Positions 46,807 through 55,072 of a stretch of 64,000 bases of DNA are shown here, piece after piece. Both the position numbers and the translations under genes were made by a program. The notes beneath the pieces are model-generated. The model was not told where the DNA came from, searched no databases, and saw nothing but the letters and a program-made list of their open reading frames with translations. Numbering within the stretch: position 1 is the stretch's first letter; every line of letters begins with the position of its first letter. This stretch comes from an uncultured Bacteroidia bacterium (GTDB lineage Bacteria; Bacteroidota; Bacteroidia; Bacteroidales; CAJPTX01): assembly GCA_963546395.1 (NCBI GenBank), contig CAUUMS010000003.1:82833-146832 (forward strand), read 5' to 3'.

Positions 46807-47292
46807 ATGGAAAAGCAGCAGGGGCAAGACCAGAGCTTCGAGCTCCGTAGTGAGAAAGTCCGAAGCGTTGTGGGGCAGATGCCCCCATCCATTCTCCGGT
46901 ACGGCATAGCCGTTATTGGGGTCGCCTTGCTTTGCCTATTGATAGTGGCCTATTTCCTGCCCTATAAGCAGGTCTACCGAGGAACCCTTACGGTGTATGG
47001 CACTCAATCCGAGGGGGCATTCGACAGTGTGGATATCGCCGTTTTGCTCAAGTTCGAGAATCGGCCCTCAGGGCCCGTGAGTGGTCAGCAGCTTTACCTA
47101 CAGTCTTCCGTGGGGTGCTTTGCTGGGCAGCTCCTTCAGCTCTCCGCCGAGCGTGATACCATCGAGAGGCAAGCTGCCCTCTGCCGATTCAGGGCAACCG
47201 AGATCAGAGCGATAGAAAATCAGACGGTCGACTTCCAGCTCGTGCACTCATCGGGCAATCTCTTGCAGAAGATGCTTGGTAGGGGCATGTGA
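46807..47292 (+). CDS. Truncated HlyD-like membrane-fusion protein (mini-MFP)
   Basis: 161 aa. The N-terminus resembles Bacteroidota HlyD proteins (LRSEKVRSVVGQMPPSILRYGIAVIGVALLCLL, one TM). There is no room for the coiled-coil/lipoyl hairpin. The ATG lies 1 nt after the PCAT stop. Confidence 0.6.
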   Translation: MEKQQGQDQSFELRSEKVRSVVGQMPPSILRYGIAVIGVALLCLLIVAYFLPYKQVYRGTLTVYGTQSEGAFDSVDIAVLLKFENRPSGPVSGQQLYLQSSVGCFAGQLLQLSAERDTIERQAALCRFRATEIRAIENQTVDFQLVHSSGNLLQKMLGRGM

Positions 47293-47547
47293 TTTGCCCA
47301 CTAACGAAGCCCGTATTCCTGTCATTTCCCAGCGTTATCGAGAGGTGTTGTAGCCTCGTGTAAGATTACCATCGTGGCTCTTTCTACTTGGTCGTATAGG
47401 CCGAGGCATTGCGCCCAACAGTAGCCTAGGCGTGTGTAGGCTTCAGCCTTCTAGGGCTCTTGTTGCCACCGAGATCTCACGCCTCACGAGCGCATCTCTC
47501 AGGGTCGATTACCATCATGTGCCAGCTCCAGCAGCGGTCTATATAGA

Positions 47548-47586
47548 GTTTGGGCTGGGCTCGTTTTACACGAGCCCAGCCCAAAC
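47548..47586. terminator. Bidirectional hairpin terminator between the peptide operon and creD
   Basis: Perfect 16-bp stem gtttgggctgggctcg/cgagcccagcccaaac with loop ttttaca. Confidence 0.7.
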
Positions 47587-47612
47587 TGCATGGTCAGGGC
47601 TACCCCCCCTCG

Positions 47613-48917
47613 TTACCACTCGAGTCGCTGCGATAGGTACATCACCACCGACAGCACCAGGAACAGGAACAGGCTACCCACTAGCAGCGGGAAGTTCGCC
47701 ATCTGGAGTATGATGTACAGGAACGTGTACAGTATCACCAGTATCCCTGCGCATATCAGCACCGGCTTCAATCGCTTGATAAAGCCGTGCATGTACAGCG
47801 AAATCATCACCGTGATCGCCCCGGCCGCTATCAGGTAGGACAGCCCGAAGTTCATGTACTCCGAGATAGACAGCAGTAGGGTGTAGAACAGCAGAATGGC
47901 CAGCCCCGTCAGCACGTAGCCTATCATGGGGATCGGCTTCTTCAGCAGGCTATCCGTGAAGAAGAATGTCAGGAACGTGAAGACGATCATCAGCACGGCG
48001 AACTTCACGGCACGCTCCACCTTGTCGTAATGGTCGATGCCCATGAGCAGCTTCACACCGAACTCCTCGCTGGAGGAGAATACATTATCACTCTCGTAGT
48101 CGTAGTAGCTGTGATTGGCTCTCACAGCCCACGACAGGCTTTGTGACGTGTTGGCACTCAGCACCGTCCAGTGCGCTGTGGTCAGGCTATCTGTCAGCGT
48201 CCGCTCATCGGGCAGGAATTTGCCAGTAAACGAGGGCTTATCCCATAGCAGAGACAGATCGACATTCGTAATCGCCGCGCTGGGATGGAAGTTGAGCTCC
48301 TGGCTCCCATTCACTGCGTATTCGTAGCTGAATTCGTAACGTCCGTCCTTTCTTACCCGTAGGGGCGATGACAGCGTCGACCAGTTTGGGGCCATCCCAT
48401 CCACCCTATTACCCGACTCCAGCAGCAATGTTGTATCACGCAGCTGAACCTTTGGGATAGCCTTCAGGCCCACCACATCCTTCACGGGCTGCACCAGTTT
48501 CATCTCATCCCACTCGATCCACTCATTTGCAGGGAAGAGCGTCTTATCTATCCCCGTGAAAACGCCACGCACCTCGATCTTGGTGCGGTAGAGCATCACG
48601 GAGAATATACCCCGTGTGCGCTCTTCGGGAATGGCTCGCACGGCAATGGTGACGCTATCGGGCTGAAAGAAGGCTATGTACTCCTCAAAACCGCTAGACT
48701 CCTTATCCTTCACATAGTAAGGCACAGAAATCAGGGGCCCGCATAACGTCTGCTCTTCCCCCCATGGCTCCGCAATCTCCCGTGCGGCCCGTGCGGCCGT
48801 CGAGCTTCGGTCGTCGACAAGTAATGAGATTAGCACCTGTGGTATCAGCAGCAGCACTGTCATCACGAGCAGTAGCAGCAGCCGGAGACCCATCGAAAAC
48901 TCCTTGCGTTGTTCCAT
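47613..48917 (-). CDS. creD: Cell-envelope integrity inner-membrane protein CreD
   Basis: 434 aa. N-terminal TM helix, a large periplasmic region, and a C-terminal cluster of TM helices. The CreD-like N-terminus is ...LLIPQVLISLLVDDRSSTAARAAREI. Confidence 0.75.
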   Translation of the reverse strand: MEQRKEFSMGLRLLLLLVMTVLLLIPQVLISLLVDDRSSTAARAAREIAEPWGEEQTLCGPLISVPYYVKDKESSGFEEYIAFFQPDSVTIAVRAIPEERTRGIFSVMLYRTKIEVRGVFTGIDKTLFPANEWIEWDEMKLVQPVKDVVGLKAIPKVQLRDTTLLLESGNRVDGMAPNWSTLSSPLRVRKDGRYEFSYEYAVNGSQELNFHPSAAITNVDLSLLWDKPSFTGKFLPDERTLTDSLTTAHWTVLSANTSQSLSWAVRANHSYYDYESDNVFSSSEEFGVKLLMGIDHYDKVERAVKFAVLMIVFTFLTFFFTDSLLKKPIPMIGYVLTGLAILLFYTLLLSISEYMNFGLSYLIAAGAITVMISLYMHGFIKRLKPVLICAGILVILYTFLYIILQMANFPLLVGSLFLFLVLSVVMYLSQRLEW

Positions 48918-48958
48918 TTCTCTACGTGTTAGTACAGAGGCACCCGAATCGCACTCAA

Positions 48959-49531
48959 CTACGGCTTGTAAAACTTCTTGGCGTTAATCTCCACCTTGAG
49001 GATGAAGAACAGGTAGTCGCCATCGAGCTGCAGAAACTGGTATTCGAGCTCCTCGCCCGTCTTGCGTGCAATGTCGATGAGCCCGAGTCCTGCCCCGCCT
49101 CGCTCCGAGATACGACCATTACGAATCTGATCCTTGTACATCTGGTTCAGCTCCTCCGGCGTGGCATTGTTCACCGACAGCAAGGCCCGCTCCAGATTCT
49201 CACGGTGCGCGCTCGCCACCTTATTCGAGGTGATGATACAGTACGTGTCATCCATCTTCCCGATGATGAAGAGCCCGTTTCCAATGCCGTCCTCTTTGAA
49301 CTCGTCCGAGTGCTTGTTCATGTTCTGCAACGTTTCCACCATCACGTGGTAGACCCGCCGCTGAACCGAACGCTCCTCGTTGTTACGCTCCATGTCCGAC
49401 TCGGCCATCGACGTGAACATCTTCGTGATCTCATGGCTGAACTCGCCGAGGTAGACTAGCGAGAAGCCATTGCGGATCATCTCATCGTAGATGATAGAGA
49501 CCGACTTGGTAAAATTGAACGTCAAACTCAT
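48959..49531 (-). CDS. SiaB-like / DUF6272-type HATPase-fold protein (putative Ser/Thr kinase or anti-sigma-like)
   Basis: Pattern FSLVYLGEFSHEIT...RRVYHVMVETLQNMNKH...GGAGLGLIDIARKTG resembles RsbW/SiaB-type GHKL proteins. Start set at MSLTFNF. Confidence 0.6.
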   Translation of the reverse strand: MSLTFNFTKSVSIIYDEMIRNGFSLVYLGEFSHEITKMFTSMAESDMERNNEERSVQRRVYHVMVETLQNMNKHSDEFKEDGIGNGLFIIGKMDDTYCIITSNKVASAHRENLERALLSVNNATPEELNQMYKDQIRNGRISERGGAGLGLIDIARKTGEELEYQFLQLDGDYLFFILKVEINAKKFYKP

Positions 49532-49602
49532 CGCTCCTGATGTGTTATCTGGCCTCGGTGGATGGCGCACCCTGCGTGGCGGTCACCCATTCATTTTGGC
49601 AG

Positions 49603-51258
49603 CTAGCGTGCTGGCTCTAGCCCGAGCTGCTCGGGCCCTTGCGTGAATCGGATGTCTATCGGGATATTAGCCGCAGCTATCCGATCCAAATCGCTCTGTA
49701 GGACTGGATCTACCACCCCTTGCTCTGCCAGCATCGTCTTAGCCTTCTGGTAGTCGCCATCGCCCTGAATCATCAGTATGGCAGCCGCCAGTTGTGCCAC
49801 ACCCTCGTGCATCTTCTCCGCATCCACGCGGTAGAGCCCCGTCTTCTCATCCCGGCTGATGGCCCCGCAATCCTGGAAGTAATGGAAACGCACCATGTTC
49901 GCCTTCCCGTGCGCTGAGGCTGCGCCAAAGCGCACTGAGCGGAAGATGCCCGCCAGGAAGGTCACGTAGTTATCCATTATGTCATGCTCTGTGAGCTCAC
50001 CCTGGGCCACTAGCTGCTCAATCATGAAGATACCCAGGATGTCGGCCTTTCCCTCCTCTAGGGCGGAGTACGTCTCAGCCAGAGCCTCACGGGCCGTGGC
50101 ACGCCCATCGAGCGTGCGCTTTACGCCCAGGCCGTGCGCCACCTCGTGGAACATCGTGTTCTCAAAGAAGGCATTGAACTTCACGTGGCTCTGCTGCTCA
50201 GGCACTATCAGTAGCTTAGCGATCGGCTCCATGATGTGCTCAAACTTATACTGCATCGCATTGCGCAGTTGCAGCTTGCGCGAGCCCTTCTTCAGCTGCA
50301 CCTCTGGGTCGTTGGGCAGGTTGATAGCAATGGTCTTGCTCCCCGCGTTGCAATCGCCGGCGTAGTACACCACGTCATACACCCCGAGGTCGGAATCGCT
50401 CCCTGGCTCCTCCCGCTTGTAGGCCTCTTCCACCGGCAGCGAGCGTTGCAGGGCCGGCAGCAGCGTCATGTAACGCGCCAACCGCTGGCTCCACTCCATA
50501 TCCTTTATGAGGACGAAAGCCTCATGCGCCGCCTTCGTGCCGTAGAGGTGATCCTCGTAGTTCTCGATAGGGCCCACCACCAGGTCGATCCGATTGCTCT
50601 TCATATCCATCCAGGCGAAATCGCTCGGCTGGTAGTTATCCGTGCGCAGTGCCTCAGCCCGCAGGGTGAGGTAGTTCTTTAGTCCCGCATCCTCAGCTAG
50701 CGCGGCGGCCTGCTCAAGCAGCGCGGCAGCCTCATCTATCTTCGCCTTGAATGCCTCATGGTAGGGTACCACCGTCAGCTTGCCCGTGGCATTCCGACGC
50801 AGCAGCGTGTACATGCTCGTCTTGGCCGGATCCTCACAGGCATCGAACTCGGCTTTAGTCATGTCCACGGGGTAGAAATTAGCTCCCGCGGGCTTCTCCC
50901 CATACCCCTCCACGAAGGGGGCGTTACCATTCAGCCGCTCCCAGGGGCCGTAGTTTATCTGTGCGAACTGCCGGTGCGCATCGCTCGGCAGTGAGTCCAG
51001 GAACGGGGCCTTGTCCCCATACGCCTCCATCCAGAAGATGTCATCCATCAGCGTCGCCACCCGGTACAGCAGCGGAAGCATGGCGCGCTCCGATTCCGTC
51101 AGGTGGCTAATGTCCGCCGTCAGGCGTGCCACTGCGAATTGCTCCACCTTGTGGGCCACCTCGGCCTCTGCGTTGGGAACCTCCACGGTGGCCCCACCAC
51201 CGCAACCACCCAGCAGCACCACCGCGGGTAGCACAAAAAGGAATAGACGTGAACTCAT
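49603..51258 (-). CDS. M49 (dipeptidyl-peptidase III)-like zinc hydrolase with a pentapeptide HExxH motif
   Basis: Signal/lipoprotein-like N-terminus (VVLLGGC). Zinc motifs HEVAH and EEGKAD have the spacing expected for the DPP3 family. Confidence 0.7.
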   Translation of the reverse strand: MSSRLFLFVLPAVVLLGGCGGGATVEVPNAEAEVAHKVEQFAVARLTADISHLTESERAMLPLLYRVATLMDDIFWMEAYGDKAPFLDSLPSDAHRQFAQINYGPWERLNGNAPFVEGYGEKPAGANFYPVDMTKAEFDACEDPAKTSMYTLLRRNATGKLTVVPYHEAFKAKIDEAAALLEQAAALAEDAGLKNYLTLRAEALRTDNYQPSDFAWMDMKSNRIDLVVGPIENYEDHLYGTKAAHEAFVLIKDMEWSQRLARYMTLLPALQRSLPVEEAYKREEPGSDSDLGVYDVVYYAGDCNAGSKTIAINLPNDPEVQLKKGSRKLQLRNAMQYKFEHIMEPIAKLLIVPEQQSHVKFNAFFENTMFHEVAHGLGVKRTLDGRATAREALAETYSALEEGKADILGIFMIEQLVAQGELTEHDIMDNYVTFLAGIFRSVRFGAASAHGKANMVRFHYFQDCGAISRDEKTGLYRVDAEKMHEGVAQLAAAILMIQGDGDYQKAKTMLAEQGVVDPVLQSDLDRIAAANIPIDIRFTQGPEQLGLEPAR

Positions 51259-51307
51259 GGCAAAATGGTTTTATACGTTCCCAACAGGCGATCCCGCAGG
51301 CGGTAAA

Positions 51308-52075
51308 CTACCCGCGCACGTCGTCATCATTGAACATGAAGCCTAGCCGTTTACCGGTCTGTATACGGGCACTCTCCACCTTGGTGTTCACCTGCGACAC
51401 GGTGACAATCTTCACCATGTCGTACGGCGGCACCAGCAGGTCGAAATCCAGCGTGTACTGCATCGCCGTCTGTATGATGTCGGTCAAGAGCTCCTTGCTG
51501 CACACCTGCTGGCCAAACTGGCTGCAAGCGTGCCCCAGCTGCCGTTTGCCCTCCACAAAGTAGTGCTTGTTCCGGTTGATGAAAAGGCGGCCCACCAGGT
51601 AGCCCAGATCGTCTACCCGGTTGAACTTAAACGAGTCCGACAGGAAATTGTACATGTTGATGACCCCGCAGTACGAGTTCATCGCATCCTGCTCCACGTA
51701 GTGCAATTTCCACACGCTGTGCCCCCGATCGAATTCGAACACGTTGGTGTGCATGCTGAATAGCAGCACGTCGCCCGCCAGGCGCACCTCGGCCTCGAAT
51801 TTACCTCGGTCGCGGTACTCCAGCCGCACGCGACGATCTGTTTGCTGGAGATGCGGATTGATGTCGTTCACCAGCTCATGCAGAATCTCCTTCACGAGGT
51901 TGAACGTCTCGAAGGTGTTGTCATACACGGCCACCCGCATCGTGGCCTTCTCCCGGAGCGTGTCTACTATCTGCTGGCTCTTGGTATCCAGCACCTGGTT
52001 CGGGGCCATATTCCCGCCCTGCAAAGCATCGCCTCGAGGATCCATAACGCTTCTATTGTTTTCGAAAGATAGCAA
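51308..52075 (-). CDS. Conserved-looking hypothetical protein
   Basis: 255-aa ORF abutting the proS stop. Composition is normal for a globular protein. No family recognised. Confidence 0.5.
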   Translation of the reverse strand: MLSFENNRSVMDPRGDALQGGNMAPNQVLDTKSQQIVDTLREKATMRVAVYDNTFETFNLVKEILHELVNDINPHLQQTDRRVRLEYRDRGKFEAEVRLAGDVLLFSMHTNVFEFDRGHSVWKLHYVEQDAMNSYCGVINMYNFLSDSFKFNRVDDLGYLVGRLFINRNKHYFVEGKRQLGHACSQFGQQVCSKELLTDIIQTAMQYTLDFDLLVPPYDMVKIVTVSQVNTKVESARIQTGKRLGFMFNDDDVRG

Positions 52076-53551
52076 TTAATACGCTCTCGCGAAGAGGACT
52101 CGCTGCGTGGATGGCTGCCCCGTGCGTATGCACGCACCAGCCTCCTGCGGATTGTCCAGCGGAATGCAGCGTATAGTCGCCTTCGTCTCCTCCTTGATGA
52201 GGGCCTCAGTCTCCGCCGTCCCATCCCAGTGCGCCGACACAAAGCCGCCCTTCTCGTCCAGCACGCGCTTGAACTCTTCGTAGGTATCCACCCGGGTAGT
52301 ATGCTCTTGCTGATAGGCTAGCGCGCGGCTGTACAGGTTGGCCTGAATGGCCTCTAGCAGCTCGGGTACCATGCCCACCACCTTCTCCTGGGGCACAACC
52401 TCCTTGGTCAGGGTATCTCGTCGAGCCATCTCCACGGTGCCGCCCGCCAGATCACGTGGCCCCATGGCAATGCGCACGGGGATCCCATGCAGCTCGTGCT
52501 CCGCGAATTTGAATCCAGGTTTCAGGTTGTCCCTATCGTCCAGCAGCACGCCCAGGCCCTGCTTGCGTAGTGCCTCCACCATGGGTGTCATGGCCTCCAC
52601 CAGGCTTGCGCGCTCCTCCTGGCTCTTGTATATCGGCACGAACACCACATGCACCGGGGCCAATTTAGGTGGCACCACTAGCCCGTTGTCATCGGAGTGC
52701 GCCATGATCAACGCCCCCATCAGGCGCGTAGAAACGCCCCATGAGCTGGCCCACACGTAGTCCAAACGCCCCTCCTGGTCGGCGAACTGCACATCGAACG
52801 CTTTGGCGAAATTCTGTCCCAGGAAGTGCGAGGTGCCGGCCTGCAATGCGCGCCCATCCTGCATCAGGGCCTCGATGCACAGCGTATCTAGTGCCCCCGC
52901 AAAACGCTCGGTGGGGGTCTTGCGGCCCACGATGACGGGCAGTGCTAGCCAGTCTCGCGCAAACGTCTCGTAGACCCGCACCATGCGCATGGCCTCCTCT
53001 TCCGCCTCAGCCCGCGTGGCGTGCGCCGTGTGCCCCTCCTGCCACAGAAACTCGGCCGTGCGCAGGAATAGCCGCGTGCGCATCTCCCAGCGCACCACGT
53101 TCGCCCACTGGTTCACCAGGATAGGCAAATCACGGTACGACTGGATCCACCCGCGGTAGGTATTCCATATAATGGTCTCCGAGGTGGGGCGTACCACCAG
53201 CTCTTCCTCCAGGCGAGCGTCGGGATCCACCACCACGCCGCTCCCGTCGGGGTTAGTCTTCAGCCGGTAGTGCGTCACCACGGCACACTCTTTGGCGAAA
53301 CCCTCCACGTGCTCGGCCTCGCGGCTCAGGTACGACTTGGGGATGAACAGCGGGAAGTAGGCATTCTGGTGCCCTGTGGCTTTGAACATTGCGTCCAGGG
53401 CCGCCTGCATCTTCTCCCAGATGGCATAGCCCCGAGGCTTGATCACCATGCATCCACGCACCGACGAGTGGTCGGCCAGGCCCGCCTTCACCACCACGTC
53501 GTTGTACCACTGCGAATAGTCAGTCGCCCGGAGCGTTATGTCTCGTGCCAT
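52076..53551 (-). CDS. proS: Proline--tRNA ligase (archaeal/eukaryote-like type)
   Basis: 491 aa with class II aaRS motifs and a ProRS C-terminal domain (..[23 protein letters not shown]...RVLFARAY). Confidence 0.95.
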   Translation of the reverse strand: MARDITLRATDYSQWYNDVVVKAGLADHSSVRGCMVIKPRGYAIWEKMQAALDAMFKATGHQNAYFPLFIPKSYLSREAEHVEGFAKECAVVTHYRLKTNPDGSGVVVDPDARLEEELVVRPTSETIIWNTYRGWIQSYRDLPILVNQWANVVRWEMRTRLFLRTAEFLWQEGHTAHATRAEAEEEAMRMVRVYETFARDWLALPVIVGRKTPTERFAGALDTLCIEALMQDGRALQAGTSHFLGQNFAKAFDVQFADQEGRLDYVWASSWGVSTRLMGALIMAHSDDNGLVVPPKLAPVHVVFVPIYKSQEERASLVEAMTPMVEALRKQGLGVLLDDRDNLKPGFKFAEHELHGIPVRIAMGPRDLAGGTVEMARRDTLTKEVVPQEKVVGMVPELLEAIQANLYSRALAYQQEHTTRVDTYEEFKRVLDEKGGFVSAHWDGTAETEALIKEETKATIRCIPLDNPQEAGACIRTGQPSTQRVLFARAY

Positions 53552-53575
53552 CTTTTGGAATTATGGTAATTATGC

Positions 53576-53583
53576 TACTTTTG
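53576..53583 (+). promoter_or_regulatory. -7 promoter box TActTTTG for the 53686 lipoprotein gene
   Basis: Exact TAnnTTTG in the divergent intergenic region. Confidence 0.4.
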
Positions 53584-53632
53584 CCAGAACGCTGGGTATG
53601 TACCCCGCCGCTACGTAGTCCAGAAACAAAGG

Positions 53633-53640
53633 CAAAAGTA
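53633..53640 (-). promoter_or_regulatory. -7 promoter box (TActTTTG on the minus strand) for proS
   Basis: caaaagta on the plus strand, 82 nt upstream of the proS start. Confidence 0.4.
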
Positions 53641-53685
53641 GCCAAAATGAGGGGATCACAGCTCAAACACGGAAAGGGAAGCAGC

Positions 53686-54984
53686 ATGAGAAGGCACATC
53701 GTACTACTGACTATGGTCGCTGGGGCATTTGCCGCGGCGGGCTGTGCCATGGGCGGGCTGGGCCTAACCTCCCAGAACGCGTATAGCGACACTTATTACA
53801 ATGCCAGCGATGCATCGCGCGATGCGGAGCGCGCTGCGCAGGAACGTATTGAAGCCGAAAAGGCTGAGCAGCAAATGCGCCTGGCCGAAGCCCAACGGGC
53901 CAAAGAGTTGGCCGAGCAGGAGGCGAAGCAGCCGAAGGCCACGTCGACCACCAGAGTTCTCGGGCCTAATGATTTTGCCACCTACCAGGAGTACCGCGAC
54001 TACGTGGATCGCCTTGGCGAATCCAAACGGAAACCAGCGAATAGCACCAGCGAGACTTCTGCGGCGCAACCCAACAACACGCAGGCCTCTGTGGTGAATA
54101 ACTACTACATCGGCTCATCCAACACCCCCTACGAGCCGGCCTGCGTCACCACCTCCTACGTCTACTACGAGACCCCGAGTCTGTGGTGGGATGTGCTCTT
54201 CGACCCCTGGTTCTGCGTGTCGTACCGCCGGCATTACAGCTGGTGGCCTTACTATTATGGCTACTACGGCTCGTACTACGATCCCTACTGGCATTACGCC
54301 TGGAGCCCATGGCCCTATCACTCACCTTACCACCACTGGTATGGCGGCTACTGGGACGGTTACCATCAGGGGTGGTATGATGGCTACTACGGCGGCTGGC
54401 ACGGTGGCTACTGGGAGTCGTACCCCGTGCCCCCGGTCTACCAGTCCAACGATCGCATCCAGCTCTCTCGCAGCTCGGAGATGTCATCCATGAGCAGCTA
54501 CGGCCGTGCCCAACGCTCGGCTTATGCCCAGACGCGCGGGAGCTCAGAATTCTCCGACATCAACTCCCGCAGGGAGGATCTCAACAGGGCCTCGGAGTAT
54601 TCCCGCTCGCAGGCCAATGAGTACAACTCCTATAACACCCGTCGTGCGGACTACGAGTCGCCCCGCAGCACCTCACGCCGTGACGACTCGTACTCTTACC
54701 CGTCGCAGCGTTCCTACACGGGCACCGAATCCACGCGCAGCACGCCGAGCTATACGGCCCCGTCGCGCTCTAGCAATAGCTACGTGCCGCAGTACAACAC
54801 GGATCGGCAGTCCAACACATCGAGGCGCATGGAGAGCCAGCCCAGCAGCTACTCGAGCCCCACACGCTCTAGCTACGATGCGCCGGCCAGCTCGTCCTAC
54901 AACTCACGGAGCTCGGAGGGGGCCACCTCCACGCGCTCATCCTCACCCTCCACGGTGGGCACATCGTCCACGCGGAGACAGTAG
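53686..54984 (+). CDS. Low-complexity lipoprotein: coiled coil + Tyr/Trp/His/Gly-rich block + Ser/Arg/Tyr-rich tail
   Basis: Lipobox FAAAGC. ERAAQERIEAEKAEQQMRLAEAQRAKELAEQEAKQ. Aromatic block YYGYYGSYYDPYWHYAWSPWPYHSPYHHWYGGYWDGYHQGWYDGYYGGWHGGYWESY. Start chosen at MRRHIV. Confidence 0.65.
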   Translation: MRRHIVLLTMVAGAFAAAGCAMGGLGLTSQNAYSDTYYNASDASRDAERAAQERIEAEKAEQQMRLAEAQRAKELAEQEAKQPKATSTTRVLGPNDFATYQEYRDYVDRLGESKRKPANSTSETSAAQPNNTQASVVNNYYIGSSNTPYEPACVTTSYVYYETPSLWWDVLFDPWFCVSYRRHYSWWPYYYGYYGSYYDPYWHYAWSPWPYHSPYHHWYGGYWDGYHQGWYDGYYGGWHGGYWESYPVPPVYQSNDRIQLSRSSEMSSMSSYGRAQRSAYAQTRGSSEFSDINSRREDLNRASEYSRSQANEYNSYNTRRADYESPRSTSRRDDSYSYPSQRSYTGTESTRSTPSYTAPSRSSNSYVPQYNTDRQSNTSRRMESQPSSYSSPTRSSYDAPASSSYNSRSSEGATSTRSSSPSTVGTSSTRRQ

Positions 54985-55072
54985 GCTCGCCTGACAAACC
55001 CATCGCTACTGGCTCCTACCTCCCCCTCTTCACCACCGAAGGGTTGGGGTATCTAACGTGACTCGCAAAAAC

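Noticed and set aside
47432-47713. A 93-aa plus-strand ORF downstream of the mini-HlyD, considered as the missing C-terminal part of a frameshifted HlyD gene.
   Set aside because: Its sequence is Pro/Ala/Ser/Thr-rich with no HlyD-like barrel motifs. It spans the bidirectional terminator and runs antisense into creD.
53764-54994. Multiple overlapping ORFs in several frames and on both strands across the aromatic/Ser-rich gene (e.g. 54191..54493, 54506..54994 and 54146..54487(-)).
   Set aside because: Low-complexity repeats keep all frames open. Only the frame starting with a lipoprotein signal (53686) has a sensible N-terminus and a promoter box.
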